A stretch of DNA of 62,342 bases, filler included, from Babesia bigemina (Eukaryota), in the NCBI RefSeq assembly GCF_000981445.1. It is 14 parts of 14 records of this genome, joined end to end, with 100 filler letters (N's around TTAATTAATTAA, not from the genome) between each part and the next. Parts side by side here need not be neighbours in the genome. Positions count along the whole stretch, not along the records: positions 12,096 to 13,949 come from NW_012236935.1; positions 14,050 to 16,250 come from NW_012236936.1; positions 16,351 to 18,881 come from NW_012236937.1; positions 18,982 to 30,141 come from NW_012236938.1; 10 more parts are not named here. The stretch is one strand, 5' to 3'. Positions 13,001-22,552 of the stretch are shown in pieces; the first letter of the stretch is position 1; each line of letters opens with the position of its first letter. A model generated the notes under the pieces. That model saw only the letters and a program-made list of their open reading frames with translations, was not told the origin of the DNA and did not search any database. The translations under genes were made by a program, and so were the position numbers.

Positions 13001-13032
13001 AGTCAAAAGCCTCCGACCGGAGGCTTTTGACT
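13001..13032. terminator. tonB bidirectional terminator (vector); second copy at 14114-14145
   Basis: Perfect hairpin AGTCAAAAGCCTCCG-AC-CGGAGGCTTTTGACT. Confidence 0.9.
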
Positions 13033-13135
13033 TGATCGGCACGTAAGAGGTTCCAACTTTCACCATAATGAAATAAGATCACTACCGGGCGTATTTTTTG
13101 AGTTATCGAGATTTTCAGGAGCTAAGGAAGCTAAA

Positions 13136-13915
13136 ATGAGTATTCAACATTTCCGTGTCGCCCTTATTCCCTTTTTTGCGGCATTTTGCCTTCCTGTTTT
13201 TGCTCACCCAGAAACGCTGGTGAAAGTAAAAGATGCTGAAGATCAGTTGGGTGCACGAGTGGGTTACATCGAACTGGATCTCAACAGCGGTAAGATCCTT
13301 GAGAGTTTACGCCCCGAAGAACGTTTTCCAATGATGAGCACTTTTAAAGTTCTGCTATGTGGCGCGGTATTATCCCGTATTGACGCCGGGCAAGAGCAAC
13401 TCGGTCGCCGCATACACTATTCTCAGAATGACTTGGTTGAGTACTCACCAGTCACAGAAAAGCATCTCACGGATGGCATGACAGTAAGAGAATTATGCAG
13501 TGCTGCCATAACCATGAGTGATAACACTGCGGCCAACTTACTTCTGGCAACGATCGGAGGACCGAAGGAGCTAACCGCTTTTTTGCCACAACATGGGGGA
13601 TCATGTAACTCGCCCTTGATCGTTGGGAAACCCGGAGCTGATGAAGCCATACCAAACGACAAGCGTGACACCACGATGCCTGTAGCAATGGCAACAACGT
13701 TGCGCAAACTATTAACTGGCGAACTACTTACTCTAGCTTCCCGGCAACAATTAATAGACTGGATGGAGGCGGATAAAGTTGCAGGATCACTTCTGCGCTC
13801 GGCCCTCCCGGCTGGCAGGGTTATTGCTGATAAATCTGGAACCGGGAGCGGGGGTTCCCCCGTATCTTTCAGCCCTGGGGCCCGATTGAAAGCCCTCCCG
13901 CATCGAATTATTTAA
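13136..13915 (+). CDS. bla: TEM beta-lactamase (vector), with read errors in the 3' half
   Basis: [30 protein letters not shown]...MMSTFK. Confidence 0.95.
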   Translation: MSIQHFRVALIPFFAAFCLPVFAHPETLVKVKDAEDQLGARVGYIELDLNSGKILESLRPEERFPMMSTFKVLLCGAVLSRIDAGQEQLGRRIHYSQNDLVEYSPVTEKHLTDGMTVRELCSAAITMSDNTAANLLLATIGGPKELTAFLPQHGGSCNSPLIVGKPGADEAIPNDKRDTTMPVAMATTLRKLLTGELLTLASRQQLIDWMEADKVAGSLLRSALPAGRVIADKSGTGSGGSPVSFSPGARLKALPHRII

Positions 13916-14143
13916 CGACGGGAAGTCGCCAATCTGGGTAAACGAAATANNNNNNNNNNNNNNNNNNNNNNNNNNNNNNNNNNNNNNNNNNNNTTAATTA
14001 ATTAANNNNNNNNNNNNNNNNNNNNNNNNNNNNNNNNNNNNNNNNNNNNAACGAATTCTCTAGATATCGCTCAATACTGACCATTTAAATCATACCTGAC
14101 CTCCATAGCAGAAAGTCAAAAGCCTCCGACCGGAGGCTTTTGA

Positions 14144-15110
<967 letters not shown>

Positions 15111-15302
15111 GTGACCAAACAGGAAAAAACCGCCCTTAACATGGCCCGCTTTATCAGAAGCCAGACATTAACGCTTCTGGAGAAACTCAACGAGCTGGAC
15201 GCGGATGAACAGGCAGACATCTGTGAATCGCTTCACGACCACGCTGATGAGCTTTACCGCAGCTGCCTCGCGCGTTTCGGTGATGACGGTGAAAACCTCT
15301 GA
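15111..15302 (+). CDS. rop: ColE1 Rop copy-number regulator (vector)
   Basis: MTKQEKTALNMARFIRSQTLTLLEKLNELDADEQADICESLHDHADELYRSCLARFGDDGENL. Confidence 0.98.
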   Translation: MTKQEKTALNMARFIRSQTLTLLEKLNELDADEQADICESLHDHADELYRSCLARFGDDGENL

Positions 15303-15325
15303 TGAGGGCCCAAATGTAATCACCT

Positions 15326-15353
15326 GGCTCACCTTCGGGTGGGCCTTTCTGCG
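15326..15353 (+). terminator. T7Te terminator (vector)
   Basis: GGCTCACCTTCGGGTGGGCCTTTCTGCG. Confidence 0.9.
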
Positions 15354-15364
15354 TTGCTGGCGTT

Positions 15365-15952
15365 TTTCCATAGGCTCCGCCCCCCTGACGAGCATCACAA
15401 AAATCGATGCTCAAGTCAGAGGTGGCGAAACCCGACAGGACTATAAAGATACCAGGCGTTTCCCCCTGGAAGCTCCCTCGTGCGCTCTCCTGTTCCGACC
15501 CTGCCGCTTACCGGATACCTGTCCGCCTTTCTCCCTTCGGGAAGCGTGGCGCTTTCTCATAGCTCACGCTGTAGGTATCTCAGTTCGGTGTAGGTCGTTC
15601 GCTCCAAGCTGGGCTGTGTGCACGAACCCCCCGTTCAGCCCGACCGCTGCGCCTTATCCGGTAACTATCGTCTTGAGTCCAACCCGGTAAGACACGACTT
15701 ATCGCCACTGGCAGCAGCCACTGGTAACAGGATTAGCAGAGCGAGGTATGTAGGCGGTGCTACAGAGTTCTTGAAGTGGTGGCCTAACTACGGCTACACT
15801 AGAAGAACAGTATTTGGTATCTGCGCTCTGCTGAAGCCAGTTACCTCGGAAAAAGAGTTGGTAGCTCTTGATCCGGCAAACAAACCACCGCTGGTAGCGG
15901 TGGTTTTTTTGTTTGCAAGCAGCAGATTACGCGCAGAAAAAAAGGATCTCAA
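15365..15952 (-). other. ColE1/pMB1 replication origin (vector)
   Basis: TTTCCATAGGCTCCGCCCCCCTGACGAGC...AAAAAAGGATCTCAA. Confidence 0.97.
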
Positions 15953-15973
15953 GAAGATCCTTTGATTTTCTAC

Positions 15974-16003
15974 CGAAGAAAGGCCCACCCGTGAAGGTGA
16001 GCC
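15974..16003 (-). terminator. T3Te terminator (vector)
   Basis: Reverse complement is GGCTCACCTTCACGGGTGGGCCTTTCTTCG. Confidence 0.85.
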
Positions 16004-16474
16004 AGTGAGTTGATTTCAGTCCAGTTACGCTGGAGTCTGAGGCTCGTCCTGAATGATATCAAGCTTGAATTCGTTGCGCCGAGTGGCTGGTTAGGTATGA
16101 TTCAAATGGTCAGTCTTGCGCGATATCCCGAGCATTCTCCCGCAAATCCCACGAGTTCGCGAGTGACTACACCTCGTCAGAGCAGTGATGACGGTTAGAT
16201 GCGGCTCAGCGCCCTTGCTGGCAACTGCGGACGAATGCTTGGATCTCTGANNNNNNNNNNNNNNNNNNNNNNNNNNNNNNNNNNNNNNNNNNNNTTAATT
16301 AATTAANNNNNNNNNNNNNNNNNNNNNNNNNNNNNNNNNNNNNNNNNNNNGTAACTACTCACTTAGAGAATCACCTACTCACCTAAAATACAAACGTAGT
16401 CTAATGTCTCGAATTACTCTAGCGGCAACCTGTGAACTAAATAGCACCTAATGAGGTGATGAGTGGACGACAGA

Positions 16475-16828
16475 GCAACGTGTCAACCTAGCACACAGGC
16501 AACGTGCTAAGCTGGCAACCAGGCAAAGTGGTAACCTAGCAACCAGGCAAAGTGCTAAGCTGGCACCCAGGCAAAGTGGTGACCTAGCAACCAGGCAAAG
16601 TGTTGACCTAGCACACAGGCAAAGTGCTAAGCTAGCACCCAGGCAAAGTGCTAAGCTTGCAACCAGGCAAAGTGCTAAGCTAGCAACCAGGCAAAGTGGT
16701 GAGCTAGCACCCAGGCAAAGTGCTAAGCTAGCACACAGGCTAAGTGCTAAGCTAGCACGCAGGCAACGTGCTAACTTAACAACCAGGCAAAGTGCTAAGG
16801 TAGCAACCAGGCAAAGTGCTAAGCTGGC
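16475..16828 (+). repeat. 24-bp tandem repeat (CAAAGTGCTAAGCTAGCAACCAGG)
   Basis: Direct inspection; 8-aa periodicity in the overlapping spurious ORFs. Confidence 0.95.
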
Positions 16829-17330
16829 GGATGAAACGTAATTTGGTAGGTGTTGTAGCACGTTGATTGCCTGGTGCGTTGAGTTGTGCGTTGACTGTGA
16901 GAGGTGTCCGCGTTGCCCATTGAGTCAGTGTCACGTGAGGCTGGGTGATTGGTTGCTGACGTAGGCGGTCGTGAGGGCCGCGGCGGGTGGCCTAAGTCGT
17001 GTGTTGCGAGTCGCTGGCAGGGTGGCGTAATCTGCGTTGGTCTCGTTAAGCAGCATTTATAGGCGTCAATGTAGCGATTGTTAATATCACATTTAGGCAC
17101 GTAGCCGACACGCTCCGCCAGTATGGCGCCGATACCGCGGCTCGTAGCACGGTGCTGCTGCACTGTGGGAGTTGAGCGCACGGGTCGCTGCAATTTTAAT
17201 GGCGGTGCGAATAATGAATAATTTATAGTGACAGTTGGTGCTAGTCACATGCGCCGCGTCAGGGCATCTGTGGTATCCCGGGCAGCTTGGGTGTCGGTGG
17301 CCTGGGCTGGTGGCATACAGGGGTGAGGGT
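16826..17330 (+). promoter_or_regulatory. Conserved ~500-bp GC-rich element, copy 1 (putative promoter/5' exon or ncRNA)
   Basis: Four highly similar copies, each directly upstream of a small Cys-rich gene and in the same orientation. Function is inferred. Confidence 0.6.
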
Positions 17331-17339
17331 TATGTAAGT

Positions 17340-17793
17340 CATGTCGCAGTTGGTGAGTGCTTGCGTAGGTGATTGATATGCTTGCAGCTTGAGGGGAGTG
17401 GGCGTGGCAGTGGTAGTGTTGCAGTTGGTGAGTGCGTTGCTAGGTGATTGACATGTCTGCAGGTTGAGGGGACTGGGCGCGGCAGTGGTACGTGTTGCAG
17501 TTGGTGAGTGCGTTGCTTAGGTGATTGATATGTTCGCAGGTTGAGGGGAGTGGGAGCGGCAGTGGTAGTGTTGCAGTTGGTGAGTGCGTTGCTAGGTGAT
17601 TGATATACTTGCAGGTTGAGGGGAGTGGGAGCGGCAGTGGTACGTGTTGCAGTTGGTGAGTGCGTTGCTAGGTGATTGACATGCTTGCAGGTTGAGGGGA
17701 CTGGGAGCGGCAGTGGTAGTGTTGCAGTTGGTGAGTGCTGCTTAGGTGATTGATATGTTTGCAGGCTGAGGGGACTGGGAGGGAAGCGGGAAG
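17340..17793 (+). repeat. 75/76-bp tandem repeat with intron/micro-exon-like structure (~6 units)
   Basis: Unit is GTGAGTGCGTTGCTAGGTGATTGATATGCTTGCAG (35 nt) plus GTTGAGGGGACTGGGAGCGGCAGTGGTA(C)GTGTTGCAGTTG (40-41 nt). Confidence 0.9.
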
Positions 17794-18255
17794 ATGGGCT
17801 ATACTCCATTGTGTAAGTGTACAAAACGATGTACAGAGCATGAGTGTCTTTGTTGTCATTTGTGTTGTGCAGGATGTAGGAGTCCAAGTTGTCTTCGATG
17901 TCTCAATCTGTCTACTCGGCTAAGGAGTGGATTCTGGGACTGCAAACCTCAGAGATGTAATGAATGTGACACCAAATTGTGTCCATGTGACTGTTGTGAG
18001 AAAAAAAAATTGGAAGAACGTCGACAGCTTCGCTCTTCTTCCTCCCTCGCAGTCCAATCGCCTAGTGTCTCCTCTTCTACCACCGTACAGCGTTCCACCG
18101 GTGAACCCAGTGCTGTTCATACCACCGCTCCATCCAATTCCTCCCCCGTCCCTTACATCATCGCCGCCGTCGCCCTCCTCATCGTCGTCGTCTGCGTCAT
18201 GGTCTACTTCCGCATCCGGCCGTTCCACAGGGTGCGGTATCTACTGCGCAGCTGA
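17794..18255 (+). CDS. Small 18-Cys hypervariable single-TM protein, copy 1 (153 aa, tail YFRIRPFHRVRYLLRS)
   Basis: ATG in the conserved GGGAAG-ATG context. Cys scaffold, Ser-rich linker, TM and tail are shared with three paralogues in the window. Confidence 0.85.
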   Translation: MGYTPLCKCTKRCTEHECLCCHLCCAGCRSPSCLRCLNLSTRLRSGFWDCKPQRCNECDTKLCPCDCCEKKKLEERRQLRSSSSLAVQSPSVSSSTTVQRSTGEPSAVHTTAPSNSSPVPYIIAAVALLIVVVCVMVYFRIRPFHRVRYLLRS

Positions 18256-18343
18256 TCACAATAACCTAACTGGCAACTGACATCTAATGTGCTAGACAGA
18301 GTAATGGTTGTACTGATGCTAAATAAAATTAGCAGTGAGGTGA

Positions 18344-18475
18344 CCACTCCCTCCCTACTCCGTCATCGTCGCCATCATCCTGCTCGACCTGTGCATCTTC
18401 CGCTTCCCGGTGGGCCGCAACATCCGCGATTTCCTCGTACGCAAGATTCCCTTCTGCATCGCGTTCTACAGCTGA
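18344..18475 (+). pseudogene. Orphan TM-tail cassette (PYSVIVAIILLDLCIFRFPVGRNIRDFLVRKIPFCIAFYS*)
   Basis: Same tail as gene 50502-51074. It has no ATG and is preceded by an in-frame TGA within GAGGTGAC. Confidence 0.85.
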
Positions 18476-18602
18476 ACTATGCAATTTAGTAGCGCATAAA
18501 TCGTTCGTCCATATTCCACTGCTCACCTAACTGGCAACTGACATCTAATGTTCTAGACAGTAATGATTGCGTTGATGGCCAATTACATGAGCAGTGAGGT
18601 GA

Positions 18603-18761
18603 CTACTTCACTCTCCCTACTCGGCCATCGCCGCCGTCATCGTTGGCATCATCGTCGCCATCATCCTGCTCGACCTGTGCATCTTCCGCTTTCCGGTGGG
18701 CCGCAACATCCGCGATTTCCTCGTACGCAAGATACCCTTCTGCATCGCGTTCTACAGCTAA
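18603..18761 (+). pseudogene. Orphan TM-tail cassette (PYSAIAAVIVGIIVAIILLDLCIFRFPVGRNIRDFLVRKIPFCIAFYS*)
   Basis: Second tandem copy, with the same flanks as 18344-18475. Confidence 0.85.
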
Positions 18762-18981
18762 ACTCAGCAATATGTTGGCGCTAACATTCTTAATCGAAAT
18801 CCCACAGATCACCTGACTGGCGACTGACATCTAATGTTCTAGACAGAGTAGCAATTGCGTTGATGATCAATGACATGAGCANNNNNNNNNNNNNNNNNNN
18901 NNNNNNNNNNNNNNNNNNNNNNNNNTTAATTAATTAANNNNNNNNNNNNNNNNNNNNNNNNNNNNNNNNNNNNNNNNNNNN

Positions 18982-19292
18982 AGTGGATAAGGGGCGATGT
19001 AGAGTGGGTTAAGGGGCGATGTAGAGTGGATAAGGGGCGATGTAGAGTGGATTAGGGAGCGATGTAGAGTGGTTTAGGGAGCGATGTAGAGTGGATCAAG
19101 GGGCGATGTAGAGGGGATAAAGGAGCGATGTAGATTGGTTAAGGGGCGATGTAGAGTGGATTAGGGAGCGATGTAGAGTGGTTTAGGGAGCGATGTAGAG
19201 TGGGTTAGGGAGCGATGTGGAGTGGATAAGGGGCGATGGAGAGTGGATAAAGGGGCGGTGTAGAGTGGGTAAAGGGGCGATGTAGAGTGGAT
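18982..19292. repeat. 22/23-bp G-rich tandem repeat (GCGATGTAGAGTGGRTWARGGRG)
   Basis: Direct inspection. Confidence 0.97.
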
Positions 19293-19315
19293 AATAATCA
19301 CCACTTAGGTCACCA

Positions 19316-19600
19316 CTGTCATCGCTGCCGTGTCCATGTCATCGCTGCCGTGACCATGTCATCGCTGCCGTGACCATGTCATCGCTGCCGTGACCATGTC
19401 ATCGCTGCCGTGACCATGTCATCGCTGCCGTGCCCAGTCATCGCTGCCGTGCCCAGTCATCGCTGCCGTGCCCATGTCATCGCTGCCGTGACCATCAACT
19501 TGGTCAGCACCTTGGTCAGCACATAGGTCAACACTTTGGTCATGGCATGGTCAACACGTTGGTCAGCACATTGGGCAGCACATTGGTGAACACTTTAGTT
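19316..19600. repeat. 20-bp repeat (CCATGTCATCGCTGCCGTGA, 19316-19495) followed by 12-bp repeat (TTGGTCAGCACH, 19499-19600)
   Basis: Direct inspection. Confidence 0.95.
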
Positions 19601-19720
19601 AACTATTACACAATCACATACAACGGTTAATGAGTGATTCAAAACATTATAGAACAATTAGTTGTATAGGTGAGTAGGTGATATGCTAGGTGAGTGTAAA
19701 CATTAAACACGTGAGTACGA

Positions 19721-22300
19721 TTATGGTTGCAGGTAAAACACTCTGTTAAGCTTGTTAACACGCGCAGCAGCAAGTAGCGATTGAGCAGCAATCCTATGAC
19801 TCGACGGACTATGCAAATGCGATTTGATGTGGAGCAGGTCGAGGCGGATGACCATGATGTGGATGAGGTAGAGGAAGGAGAGGAGCCAGAGAGAAAGGAC
19901 GAGGTAGGAGAAGGGTTGTCGGATGATCCAGAGGAAGTTGTCACATTCTTCGAACAGCTTCTTGAAATACTGCGATTCAAGCACATTCTTCAATTGACTA
20001 CAGAAATCGGAGCACTTCTTCGGCGATGCCTTGTCATTCAACGTCGACGCCTCACCAAAGACGAAACCATACTGGTAGAGCGTTGGTGCGACGCCTTTGC
20101 AGTCGACAATGGAAGAGCACTGACATTTGTTATTTGGCTTCTCATCATTAACAACACCATGCTCCCCCTTCTTACACTTATCACCACGGAGACATCCACG
20201 GCATCCCCAGTCCTGGCAGTTGATGGAGCAGAAGGCGTTGTAGAGACTGTTAAGTAAATCCCAAAACGTCCACGGGAGGTAGATGGCCCAGGAGAGGTAG
20301 GTGTTGGCGTGTTTGTAAGCGACTATTTCATAAGAATAATTACACAGAGATGAAATATAGGATGCGCAGTTAATTCTGTCTTCGCCTAGCTTACACATGC
20401 CGTTTATCGTAAGATTTCGAAGATGGTAGCTTTCACATTTAGAATGGCTAATAGCGTCGGAACCGTATGCATCAGCGATGGATTTTGTGAGCGCGTATGG
20501 ATCCTTATAAAGCTCGATAGATTGCGATTCGATGGACGACACAATAGCATACGAGAATGTGTCACTCCTAACATATAAGGGCTTATTAGTGTTGATGTAC
20601 TGCGCAAGCGACAACGCAAATCCGAAATGCTCAGGTAGGCTGGTGGGCGGCTTCGGTATTAGAGTGAATAAGCATGAAATATCGACATTATCTAGGAACT
20701 TGGTTAGCACTTTGCATACGTCCCTGCCTTTCCTCGTACTACCAGAAAAACCGCGGAAGCCAAGTGGAGGTTGACATGGCATTCCTTTTCTAGAGGTGGA
20801 CGGACAAGTAGCGCACTCATATTTGCATCCAATTTTAGTAAGCTGGTGCGGCAAATGACCAGGTAGACAATCATTTAAATAGGACATAAGTGGCGATGTT
20901 GGTTGGCAGTTTACATCGGTATTTGCCCGGCACGTTGGTTGGCACTTTGCTTGCTTGGTTGGCTGACCCGTTGCTTCTTCACTTGAGTGCTCCTCGCATG
21001 GCCATTTTGCTGGAGCGGCATTGACACCATATTGGCAGTCGGACCAACCGTGGTGTTTAGCAGTCAGGCCACATTGGCTTTTCAAGAAACTCAATGTTGG
21101 TAACATTCTTCGGAGGATGTCAAAGAACATGTCAAGGCAGTCCTCTCCTGTAGCAGGGTAATGGAACTTAATGGAGTTATTGGAGTAATCGCTAGCGTAC
21201 ACTGTGTATTCATCTCCGTGGCCGGCTATAGTGCAGAGAATGTCGTATGATGTTGAGCAGATGTGCGTCACCGCCGTTCGCATATGTTCATATGATGCCT
21301 TTCTCGGGTAGGCTTCTAGAGATATGGAATCGGTGTCGACGACACTGTGCGTAATGGCATCTTCGCTGGTCGTCTCAGTTGTATCTCCTTGGTCTCTCTT
21401 TGCGTCTTCCTCTTTTTCCGCTTCATTGATCTCGTCTATCACTTCCAGGATTCGCCCATCTCGCATGGCTGTATGGACGGGATGATGCGGAAGACCGGAG
21501 AGCCATAGAAGCATTTCATAGACGCTGCATGGTCTTTTCGTCGATGTTAATGCGGACAGGTGACATACATCGTTGTAACGGTTGAGACAATCATAAAGGT
21601 AATGGAGAATGTCGACGACGTTGATTTGATAAGGATTCCTGTTGTTAGCTTTCTTGAGTTCACTAATCTCCGCTACCCACGCAGCAGTCGTTCTTATATT
21701 GCCAGATGAACCAATATTATCGCTGAGCAGATCGTCATAAATTTTCCTACCATTCATAGATGGCATGTCCTGCAACTCACCGGTCTGCTTGCCTTTCACG
21801 GAATTAATCCTGTAACCACGTTTCTCAAAATACTTACCGAACACATTCTTCTCATACGCATTAATTTGCCTAGCTAAATTGGATTGACATTCTTTTTTCA
21901 GCTTCCCCAACCCACCAACCAGTATCTCCACTATCGTCAGGCATACCTTGGCGCAGTTGCGGCCCTCAGGGGTTAAATCGTAATCAGGGGGGGAATCTGG
22001 TTTTTGAGTGTCGGCAGGATCTTTAGGCTTAAGCTTAGTTAGATCACCCTGGAATTTGTTACCACTATACCTGCTCACGTACGCGTGGCCGAGTTGCTGC
22101 GCGAAGTTGGAGAGGCCGGACTTGAGGGGGGCGAGGAGGGGGGAGTCAAGGTCACCAAACTTTTTGGGAGCGAAGTTGTCAAGGGCGTTTCGGAGGTAAT
22201 TTAGGTTAGTGTGGAAGGTGTGGTCGAAGTGATGGACATTAAGATGACCAAAATTTGGTCGACTTCGGTCAAGGTAATTTATTGGAGGCGATTTAGGCAA
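19721..22300 (-). CDS. ves1: VESA1-family gene lacking the N-terminal ~1000 aa (tail type A); truncated or silent copy
   Basis: 859-codon frame without an ATG start, beginning at the HFDH motif that is internal in the long copies and ending NRVFYLQP. Confidence 0.8.
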   Translation of the reverse strand: MPKSPPINYLDRSRPNFGHLNVHHFDHTFHTNLNYLRNALDNFAPKKFGDLDSPLLAPLKSGLSNFAQQLGHAYVSRYSGNKFQGDLTKLKPKDPADTQKPDSPPDYDLTPEGRNCAKVCLTIVEILVGGLGKLKKECQSNLARQINAYEKNVFGKYFEKRGYRINSVKGKQTGELQDMPSMNGRKIYDDLLSDNIGSSGNIRTTAAWVAEISELKKANNRNPYQINVVDILHYLYDCLNRYNDVCHLSALTSTKRPCSVYEMLLWLSGLPHHPVHTAMRDGRILEVIDEINEAEKEEDAKRDQGDTTETTSEDAITHSVVDTDSISLEAYPRKASYEHMRTAVTHICSTSYDILCTIAGHGDEYTVYASDYSNNSIKFHYPATGEDCLDMFFDILRRMLPTLSFLKSQCGLTAKHHGWSDCQYGVNAAPAKWPCEEHSSEEATGQPTKQAKCQPTCRANTDVNCQPTSPLMSYLNDCLPGHLPHQLTKIGCKYECATCPSTSRKGMPCQPPLGFRGFSGSTRKGRDVCKVLTKFLDNVDISCLFTLIPKPPTSLPEHFGFALSLAQYINTNKPLYVRSDTFSYAIVSSIESQSIELYKDPYALTKSIADAYGSDAISHSKCESYHLRNLTINGMCKLGEDRINCASYISSLCNYSYEIVAYKHANTYLSWAIYLPWTFWDLLNSLYNAFCSINCQDWGCRGCLRGDKCKKGEHGVVNDEKPNNKCQCSSIVDCKGVAPTLYQYGFVFGEASTLNDKASPKKCSDFCSQLKNVLESQYFKKLFEECDNFLWIIRQPFSYLVLSLWLLSFLYLIHIMVIRLDLLHIKSHLHSPSSHRIAAQSLLAAARVNKLNRVFYLQP

Positions 22301-22552
22301 TTTTTAAGGGTCGAAGAAATTTCGCAAAATTAGGTGAAAGGGCAGTCAGGGAGGTAAAGGGAGGTGGAGAGGGAGGTGAGGGAAGTGATGGAGATTAAGA
22401 TAACAAAAATTTGGTCAATTTCGGATGAGGTAATTTTTCTGAGGCGATTTAGGCAATTTTTAGGGGTCGAAGAAATATTGCAAAATTAGGTGAAAGGGCA
22501 GTTAGAGGGGTTAAGGGAGGTGATGAAGGGGATGGTAAGTGTAATTAAAGAA

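Noticed and set aside
16076..16250. Apparent genomic insert next to the vector
   Set aside because: 16088-16140 is a degraded reverse complement of the other vector arm (GGTCAGGTATGATTTAAATGGTCAGT...), consistent with a mixed or poor trace.
16819..17193. Antisense ORF (STPTVQQHRATSRGIGA...) seen in all four 500-bp elements
   Set aside because: No ATG start, and stops and frameshifts differ between copies. It is a by-product of DNA conservation.
17767..17769. Conserved in-frame TGA upstream of the small genes as selenocysteine or readthrough
   Set aside because: No SECIS-like structure identified, and a conserved ATG follows within 9 codons. An ordinary 5' UTR stop is simpler.
17340..17793. 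75-bp and other arrays as CRISPR
   Set aside because: No unique spacers, no cas genes, and a eukaryotic context.
17794..18255. Naming the small genes SmORF, ves2 or metallothionein
   Set aside because: They have no signal peptide and no VESA N-terminal motif, and they carry a TM plus tail. No match I can support.
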